64,000 nucleotides of DNA from positions 34,224,001 through 34,288,000 of the forward strand of contig NW_027266308.1 in assembly GCF_022045235.1 (NCBI RefSeq), written 5' to 3'. The notes under the pieces are model-generated. The model was given only the letters and a program-made list of their open reading frames with translations, had not been told where the DNA came from and made no database searches. Position 1 is the first letter of the stretch. Every line of letters begins with the position of its first letter. Positions 55,216 through 64,000 of the stretch are shown one piece after another. This stretch comes from Haliotis cracherodii. Taxonomy: Eukaryota. A program made the translations under genes and the position numbers.

Positions 55216-55567
55216 GGTGAGGTGAAATTGGGTTTAACGTCGCGTACAAGATTATTGCACTTATATAGCGACGTGCATGCACGTGTATGTGTGTGTGTGG
55301 CTGCTTGTACTAGTCCGGACTGATGCCGATTTATAGTGCTAGCTCACTGAGATACCATGCCGCAGTTTAACATGAATACCCCACTCAGACACAGTATACT
55401 GACTCCGAGCCGACCAGTCCTTGTTTTAACCCCTTAATGCCGAGCGCCAGACAGGGTAACAACAAGTACAATCTTTTAACGTCTTTTTGTATGACGCGGC
55501 CTGGGATCGAACCCTGGACCTTCCGCTCTCCGGGCGGACGCTTTACCACAAGACCACGGAGGCGGTC
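55216..55567 (-). mobile_element. Full-length tRNA-derived SINE, V-domain-like
   Basis: Minus strand: tRNA head gaccgcctccgtggtcttgtggtaaagcg...ggttcgatcccagg, V-like block gtcatacaaaaagacgttaaaag...ctggcgctcggcattaagggg, (CCTCA)-like tail; imperfect TSD aaatctccaaaa / aaatatccaaga. Confidence 0.88.
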
Positions 55568-55639
55568 AAATATCCAAGAAACGTATTTGATCGAATAATA
55601 TGTTTACAGTGAATAATTGATTCATTTTGGAGTCAAGAA

Positions 55640-57525
55640 TCAAGGATACATGCTTGTAATAAACTATTTCTGCTCCAGCCAGCTGTCATCCAAAGTCTGG
55701 CTTCCCTACATAAAGAGTTTGTAGTTGTTCCCACTGACAATGCGTCAAATAACATAACCATTATATGTAAACTCACCACGTTAAATGTTTCACCAAAGAA
55801 GCGACTTATCAAATAATACCAAATATAAGGCCAATGCTTTAACTGAGGAGGAAATCTGCCCTAACCAGGCATCAGTACTATCAACTTTTGACTTGACTCT
55901 AAAACCTGAAGATGTCCTACATTATACTGGATTCCAAAGCTCCGTAAAAATCCGCACAAAGAGAGAGATATGGCTGGTACCAGCATATGTACCACCGAAT
56001 CCCTGTCCCAAAGACTAACCATAATCCTCAATACAATCAAGGAAGGGCTTTCTTTATAGTCACAGAAAGTATTTGAGACAAGTGGAATTTTTACCATGTT
56101 GTTTCCCAAACACTCAAAGGATTTGCTTGACGTTTTGCAATCTTAAAATTCTGTCAAAACATGTGATTTTTCAACTTTGTACACAACTATCCCACATCAC
56201 AAACTTGGGGGGAAATGTCATTCCTTGATCCGTTTACTGAAAAAGAGAATATATGAAATGCTGGCCTTCCACATTGATAACATCTATGTAAAATTTGGGT
56301 AGTAAGACTTTTCCAGTTCTTGCTGATCTGTTTCTTTATGCATATGAATCGGAATTTCTGTTCGGTTTGGCAAAGTCAAAACAAGGTAATTTGGCCAAGA
56401 AGTTCAGATACATGTATATCGATGATCTGATAACGTTCAATAGCCCTCAAATAGCTAATTCCCTTCCATTGATTTACCCACCTGAACTTGAAAAAAAGGA
56501 GACAAGTGAGACCACCTCATCTGTTTGATATTTAGATCTATGCATAAAGATTCAGACTGACAAAACAATCTCCACAAGACTGTACGAGGGATGGCCAAAA
56601 GGTTCTAAGGCTAACAAACAAAACCAATAACTGTGAAAGTGTTTGTTATATTATTTTTCAAAAATATCTCCCTACTTTTCAATACACTTCTCATATCGAT
56701 AGTGAAGCTTTTCAATTCAAGTCAGGAAGAAATCTGAAGTCACCCTAAAAAAACCCATTCACGGCAGCTTTGGGATCATCGTTGCCGTCATAGCGCTTTC
56801 CAAGAAGTTGGATTTTTCAGTTTAGGTAAAAGGTGGAAATCACTTGGCGCGAGGTCTTGCGAGTATGGGGGAAAAGGAAAATCTTCGAACCCACATTATC
56901 GCTCAGCAGCCTTTGCAAGTCAAGAGGTATGAGAAGAGGCATTGTCATGAAATGACTATTGGGTCATCATCAAGGCTTATTCTCCAAGTCTTAAAAATAG
57001 CTGCCCAACGTTGAACAGTGGAATAGCTAGCGCACGTATCCCCATAAACGTGTGACATACGGTCATGATAATTTCTTAAGGAGTACTTTTCTCTAAAGTC
57101 AAAAACTTGATTATTGCTCGGTGCTCGTTTTTTTCCATTTCTGTTTCCATTGTGACCTCTGCCACGTTCAACTGGCTGTCACTAATATACAAACGGCCTC
57201 AACGGATTAAATACACTTGCAATGAACTACTCAAACAAAGTAGTACTTTGAACAGTTCATTTTGTTTTGGCCCCTAGTTGAAAGTTAGTCAGGCTTAGAA
57301 GTTTTTTACCAGCCCTCGTATAACAAGAGGGACGACTTCAACTTTCCAAATGCCAACTTTCCTTTATTTCGAGTCATATTCCCGCAGCGCCAGCCCTTGA
57401 TGTCTCCATTTCACAACGTGTAAGGTACAATCAAGCATGCTCCTTCCATCAAGATTTCAAAGAGCGGCGTACGACTCTTGCTCGGAAGTAGTTTGGTAAA
57501 AGTTACAACATTCAAGGCCTCAGTA
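55640..57525 (+). mobile_element. Degraded Naiad-type Penelope-like RT, interrupted by a mariner
   Basis: Fragments LHKEFVVVPTDNASNN, YWIPKLRKNP, KTCDFSTLYTTIPH, PVLADLFLYAYESEF, YIDDLITFN and IYPPELEKKET; then YLDL, TRLY|NKRDDFNFP and QDFKER. Frameshifts and stops throughout. Confidence 0.88.
56585..57318 (-). mobile_element. Internally deleted mariner (DD34D) DNA transposon
   Basis: TA TSD (56583-56584, 57319-57320); TIRs cgagggatggccaaaaggttctaaggct / aggcttagaagttttttaccagccctcg. Minus-strand FHDNASSH...PPYSQDLAPSDFH has exactly 34 codons between the two Asp, with internal stops. Confidence 0.93.
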
Positions 57526-58385
57526 AATCGGTTGGGTATGATAGACAAGGGTATAACAAAAGTGGGATATGCTAAACAGGGGAATGACATGTAGGGATAT
57601 GATAAACAAGGTTATGACAAAGTTGGGGTATGATAAATGGAGATATGACACAGGTGGGATATGATTAAGATAGGTATGAGATAGGTGGGATATGATAGAC
57701 AAGGGTATGACAAGATGGGTATAAAGGACAGGGACATGGCAAGGGTGGGTATTACAAAGATGGGTAGGAGAAAGGTGGGGTATGATAAATGGAGGTATGA
57801 GAAAAGGGAGGTATGGTAAACCGGGGTGTGGGAAAGGTGGGGTAGGAAAAACAGGGGTAGGATAAATGGAGGTATGGCAAAGATGGGAGATGATAAAGAA
57901 GATTCAGAGAAAAGTGTGGTATAATAAACAAGAGTATGACAATGGCTGGGTATAATAAACAAGAGTATGACAAAGGTTGGGTATAATAAACAAGAGTATG
58001 ACAAAGGTTGGGTATAATAAACAAGAGTATGACAAAGGTTGGGTATAATAAACAAGAGTATGACAAAGGTTGGGTATAATAAACAAGAGTATGACAAAGG
58101 TTGGGTATAATAAACAAGAGTATGACAAAGGTTGGGTATAACAAACAGGGGTATGACAAAAGTGGAATATAATAAACAAGAGATGACGAAGGTGGGGTAT
58201 CGTAAACAAGGGTAAGGCAACGGTGGGGTATAATTATTAGACAAGACTAGGAGAAAGCTGGGTTGTGATAAACCGGGGTACGACAGGGATGGAGTATTAG
58301 AAATGGGAGGATGATAAACAGGAGCATGACAACGAGGGCTAATGGTAAAATGTAGGTATGGCAAAGGAGGTTTATGATAAATACT
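57526..58385. repeat. G/A-rich minisatellite with a 31-bp homogeneous core (aaacaagagtatgacaaaggttgggtataat) at ~57920-58150
   Basis: Tandem periodicity with degenerate ~15-16-bp subunits on both sides. Confidence 0.9.
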
Positions 58386-58763
58386 AGTAAACAATACAAC
58401 ACCCATTCTCGTTCGAAACAAATTTTACGAAGTGAGTGGACTTTCTACGGTATCTGAACCAGCGAAACTGTCAAAGTTTCGCATACATCTTTATTTAACT
58501 CCAATAGAAATATGATGTCTGGTGTAGTCAGTGTAGGCCGACCAAATCATCACGTTGTCAGTAAAATGAATTACACGGACAATGTATGCAAAGGGACCCT
58601 TTAGACATTGGGATCTGAATAATTAAAGAAATTAGCAAATTGAGCAAACGTTTTAGAAATCGTTATGGAAGTTATCATATGTAGCCCTTGGTAGCCATTT
58701 AGAAGTTGGAAGAACATGAATACATGACACTGTTTTACGGATAACAATTTCTTTTATTTTTTG

Positions 58764-58804
58764 TCACGACGTTCGGAGCTACTTCTAGCTCCTTCATCAT
58801 GTGA
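58764..58804 (-). ncRNA. Degenerate minimal hammerhead ribozyme motif (Penelope pLTR type)
   Basis: Minus strand: tcac aTGATGA a ggagcta gaag tagctcc GAA cgtc gtga. Stem I (tcac/gtga) and stem II are intact, but the core has C3>A and lacks one A of GAAA. Confidence 0.5.
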
Positions 58805-61800
58805 ATCATCCATAAAAGAGTGTCATTTAATCACGTTATCTTGTCAACACGTGTTATTGACTTGTTACAACACTGAATGTAGAGGTAAAGCTACTATGTG
58901 TGAAATGTGTGCTGGGTTTTCTGGTTATCAGTAAGTGTATTTGAAACTGCGCAAGTCTGTAAACCCAAACAGATGTACTATAGAGGTAGGACATTGAAAA
59001 CAGAATCGTATTGGATCACGAATTTGGTCATTGTGAGATGTTCTATTTAAGTAAAATAACTGGCCTTCTAAACACATTATAGTCACATTTATTCACTTTA
59101 TCTGTCAAAAGTCTACAAGTATAGGAAATAAATATAAACGCGGCTAGGAATAAGCCACTTGAACATATCGGAAACAAGCAATACGTATTTCACTAACTGT
59201 TTTCCGATTCTGCAAACTTTGACATTTTCTGTGGGCAAACCTGACCATTGTCCTGTCTCGTACTTCGTCTTCTTAAGACCTTCTTTATGTTTAGTATTAC
59301 GTTGATAATGCCTGGTTAGGTGTTGGCGATATCACAATTGCCCTTTTCCTAACATGTGAAAACATATGGTCATGTTTCACCAACACGAATGTACAACAAC
59401 GTTGTATCACCGTTTCTATCTCAGCAGCAAATACCAGGTTGAAATGGTTTTGATTACTGGTAGCTTGTAAGGGTCCTTTGTAAGGATTCGTACTGCCTTA
59501 ACCAACCAACAGCGTAGAGCGAACCGTACCATACAATGGTGTGATGATGTAACGCTGTGCGGTCGTCCGCAACAGACAAATCATGGGGTGTCAGCAGGGC
59601 GCCCTAACCCGTCCACCTGCTTGACCAGAAATGGACATATTGAAATAGACTTGAGTTCAAGATAACCACACAGCTCTTACTGATTATCGTCATTAAGTGG
59701 GGATTAAGTAGTAAATGTCCCTGTGTGAGATTGCACAACAAAAACGATTACTTTCACTCGCCTGTCTGAGGCAGGTGATCAGCCAAGTTTCCATTCTCTC
59801 TCTATACTTCTTCCATTCTTTCTCTTTTACTATATGTCTCTCTGCTCAGCTGTGAATCAAATCTAGCAAAATATGATAAATAAATGTCGGAAGAAAATAG
59901 TGTGAGCAATTCATAGTGTAAATACAAAGTGTTCCTACTAATTACTCCCAGCTACATAATATAGCATCTCCCCTGTACTCTGCTCCAACGCCTCATGTTG
60001 ATTATACATGATAAAAAGGAAATTGCAATTATAAACTCTTTGTTCTTAGCCAAATGCATGCATTTCATTCCCTGAAAAATTTCCTTAATTAACATTAATT
60101 ATACCCATTGATGTACTAACTGTCTATTGCATGATTCAGTATCGGCCAGCTGAGAGCTGCTTATGTTATATGCCTTTCACGGAGCCATCAAAGGGAAATA
60201 ATGTGTTATTACGGAATTCTAAATATTATCCACACAGTTGTTTTTAAGGCGTATATAATGTATGAAAGAGACAGACAGTGCGGCTCAAGAAGTGTACAAC
60301 TGTCACTATCATACAAGAATGGCATTCCTGCAAATGAACGAAATTATTTGTATTTATACGAGATATTTTTTTCCTGTCTGCACATCGGTTAATATATAGA
60401 CCAAGCGCGTCACGGGGAAATGAGATTATCAGTGTTGAAAAATATATCTCCAAGCCACAGCTATAAAAAAAAACACGTTTAGGAAAACAAATCACGAAAC
60501 CTTCGTTTTACAGTTGATATATTATTTTAGTTTCAATGTGACCAAACATGTACTGCAAGCATGTATATAGACCTAAATCTGAAACCCCATCACTCCAAGT
60601 TGAGGCTGTCGGTGACGTACCACAAACATTGAATCTATGTGGAGAAGCTACATCAGTACAAATATTTATGTAAGTCACATTAATGCTGCAATCAACTATG
60701 TTGGGAGGCTTGACAACTCGAAGTCCCGGATGATGAGTGTTTTATATCCACAATTTATCCTACCACGTGACTCGTGTTTGCCGATCAGGACAGGGCTGGT
60801 TGGTGAGGTGCGTCAGTCGGAGGTATACATCGAGAATGGCGAGTAAATAAACAGTGAGAGGCCTAAGTGGCAGTCTGACTTGATGATTAATTAAGTTGAC
60901 AGAAAGATAAATGTTTGGATGCTGTGACTGGTGTTGATGTCAGGCTAGCCTCCATCCTTCAAACAGTCGGGGGTCTGGGTTAGGGTGGTAGGGTGGGATG
61001 GTCTTTGTCTTTTAAAATAAAGATGTCCTATAAAAATAGCCATGAAAGGATAGATACCCATAAACAGTGGGTAAGCATTATGTTCAATGTGAATAAATCA
61101 CTAGAGAGAACGAGGGACTAAAATTAGTAACATTAATTAGAAATTCATGATAGGAATCTATATATCGTAAACATTCCACCGATACGTTCTATTCCTTATC
61201 GAGATGTAGTACTATACATATATCACTGCGTCCACCGGTGTTAGGGTTATGGTGGGTTTATGCATGTCTGAGCGGTACTATGAGAGGGCATGACAAGACA
61301 AGTGACAACTATGTGTAAAACTCACCATGCCCCAAGCAGTCGTCATCACATCTTACCGTCTTTTTGGTATCATGTAACTCGCCAATCGCTACTTCGTGTG
61401 TCTCAAGTCCTGTAATTCCCCTATTCGTCTTGCAATGGACCCACACGCAACTATGTTGACCAATTACTTATTTTGCAGAAAATATTTTCTTTCTTTAGAT
61501 TAATGAGCAATAAGAATGAGGGTATAAATTTCTGAGCCGAGAGGAATCAATTCCGCATCCTATTTGTTATAAATGATTTTCGTTTTGTTTTCTCCACAAA
61601 ATCAATACACAGGCAGCTTTTGCGGAAATGAATTACGGCCTAAGAAGCTATCAAGTAAACTCAATTACCCGTCAGCGGCAAAATGCTTTATTTATGACTG
61701 CTTTCCATCGCCAAGCCTTTCCGATTTCATGTAAAAACAATAGCTTTATGTTCAGCTTTCCGTGAAATTTCTATTACATTGTTATCTGCAAGGGCATGTC

Positions 61801-62689
61801 GATTTCTTCCTGGAACTATTACCCGCGTTGTTAATTTCGGTATCGCCTGCACGTGATGCGCGCAGTGCTGTTCGTCAGATTTTAATTAAGTCAAATTAGC
61901 CAATGACTATGCCTTTATCTAATGGGCCATTTGATTTTAATCAGTTAGTGCGCATTTGTGCAGTGGGTTTTCTAATTACAATCATTCACTAGCTGTCACT
62001 GACGACTGAATAAACAATGCGTAGTGTGGTTAGATTTTTTGGAATATGGACGTTAGTTTTCTAGGTAATGTAAACACAGTGTTGGGCGAGCGAGAAAGCG
62101 AGCGGGGCTCAGGCTGCACATGGGCGGGGCTAGCACGGCTCTTGCCTGCATGCCACAAAACATACGGGGGACCTCATTAATGTGTCAATTTCATTTACGA
62201 TGTCCATCTAAACTGATGCCTATGGTTTTCATTAGGAAATACCAAATTCAATTACGCGCCTATCATGTCGACTACACAAGTAATTATTATGGCAGTGCCT
62301 ATCCGTGTCATCGGCGCGTCGTCCACCGTCAACAATGGAGACTAACAATTAAATTCATGTTACCTATTTAACTGACGAAACGCATCCTCAGCCTATGTCC
62401 AGATTGAAATGCCATGTTTGTAACTGTGTTCGAGTAGTTATTCATATGGTACAAGGTTAGTATATTAGATGAAATGAAATGTAAAGATAGTGTTGATTGT
62501 TGTACGGGAACGTAAGATTAGGTTTGTGGGTATTTTCGCTCTACATGATGAGCACAATACATTCCGCCGAGTAGCAACACCAACCCGCTATTTAACCACA
62601 GTGTTCTAAGTGGACATGCAAGTTGATTACATGCTCTGTATTGTAATGGTGACAAACATTTTGAGGATCGCTGGGAACTTGCCCTGCCT

Positions 62690-63157
62690 GAGGAAGAGAA
62701 TGTATGGATCTCAACTTCGTTATTATGAGGAACACAACGTTTCGGAGTATATGCTTACTCCTTCATCAGGCGAATGAATGCCATGAGGCAGAGAACATAT
62801 ATATGTACATGTAAGGACAACAAAATTAATAAGATAACAAAAGGTGGAATAACAAGGGAAGCCAACACATGGTTGGCGCTGATGGGTGATTAGCAAAAGA
62901 CAATAGAGGCTAACACTTTACAGTAACTAGCGCTGATAGTATGAGAGCCAGTACTTAAGTTATCATTGATAGGTAATAGGCCATGGACAATGGGCAAACG
63001 GGAGCCGGGTAATTACCACTGATTGGTGAAAGAATGTTGGCTACCCTTGTTAGTTTCCAACCCTTGTTAATTTCCACCTTTCTTATCCTATAAATTATTA
63101 CACGAAACGTGGTGTTCCTCATAATAAAGAAGTCGACATACATACATTCTCTTCCTT
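62690..63157. mobile_element. Penelope-like remnant with inverted pseudo-LTR copies
   Basis: 62692-62744 is the reverse complement of 63103-63156 (cgaaacgt(t/g)gtgttcctcataataa(c/a)gaagt...catacattctcttcct); the left copy carries the hammerhead. Confidence 0.65.
62733..62772 (-). ncRNA. Minimal type-I hammerhead ribozyme motif (Penelope pLTR type)
   Basis: Minus strand: cgc CTGATGA a ggagt aagcatat actcc GAAA cg TT gtg. Intact core boxes, 5-bp stem II, palindromic ACGT stem III and a short stem I. Confidence 0.65.
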
Positions 63158-64000
63158 ATGTGTATGACTTGTAAATGCCTTTCAAAGACTTAAGCCTTGC
63201 CTGGCGTCTATTGCCACCAATGACCAGTATCTGTCCATGCATTGTCCGGTATGAGAACGGGACCGCCCAATGAAAGTAGAAATATATTAATTCCTGGTGG
63301 AATAGTTAGTTTATAGCATGTTTATGGTACAGTCAGAATCGTAAAATGAAATACATTTAGAGATTATGTTTTTTTAGCTTGAGCAATGCCAGGCGCTATT
63401 TCATTGTTGAAAAGCTGCGTCTTTATTTATTAAGTTCTGAGTATTGCTTGCTAACACATTTTATTATTCACGAATTCACTCATTGTAAATGTTTTAAAAT
63501 GATTTAAAATTGAAAAGGTAATATAACGTCAAATAACAATAACGTCTCTACTTGTCTCTCTCTCTCCTGAAGGCTTTATGGTAACCCAAAAGGGGAATGA
63601 GAACGTTTTTGCAATTTTTACAGTGTCTCTGAAAAAAACCATCCTCCGATTATTACAGGAAGAGAAACCTAAATATTGATAACATCTCATGAAAACCATA
63701 CATAAACACTGAAAAGTGCACTGAAACGCCGAAAACCTGGCTGAGATGATATCACCCCAATGTTAGAAATATAGAAATATTCTCATTGTGATAGATTCGA
63801 TTTATTTCCCGTAACTTTCATTTTAGTTTTCGACTTTTCAATTTACTCGTACATCGTATGTAAATTCTTCTTTTCTGACAGAAATATTTCGTCAACACGT
63901 GTATTCCTGTTAGTTATTCTTTCCTTCTTCAACGTCTGTACCAAGAAGCATTGGAATCTTCACAGGGAACGCATAGCTTATATATTCATTTGCAGTACCC

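Noticed and set aside
58850-59480. Possible ancient LINE ORF2 C-terminal fragment (minus); similar weak hint at ~24650-25400
   Set aside because: Too degenerate to support by eye.

Overview
AT-rich eukaryotic genomic DNA, probably molluscan. The tRNA-Asp-derived SINE with an (ACTC)n tail resembles SINEs I associate with abalone (Haliotis), but that is recollection, not a search result. The only host protein-coding sequence I can support is the first two coding exons of MNAT1 (MAT1, CDK-activating kinase assembly factor, RING finger) on the minus strand at 4138-4226 and 1216-1368; the gene continues beyond the left edge. The remaining ~60 kb upstream of MNAT1 has no recognisable gene. It holds about 17 unrelated minisatellite arrays (22-73 bp units), tRNA-derived SINEs (V-domain-like, Meta-domain-like and a short type), two hAT-type MITEs with 8-bp TSDs, and a Gmr1-like gypsy remnant. 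It also holds two Naiad-type Penelope-like RT remnants (one split by a DD34D mariner), Penelope-type hammerhead ribozyme motifs, LINE 3' ends, two assembly gaps and several unique enhancer-like blocks. The most unusual structure is a 40-bp minisatellite built from the MNAT1 intron1/exon2 junction itself. It places about 20 decoy 3' splice sites upstream of the real one, and nearly all lead straight to an in-frame stop. Other leads are arrays that appear seeded from Naiad sequence, a motif shared across unrelated arrays, and an inverted SINE-plus-flank duplication. Repeat boundaries and copy numbers are approximate hand counts.
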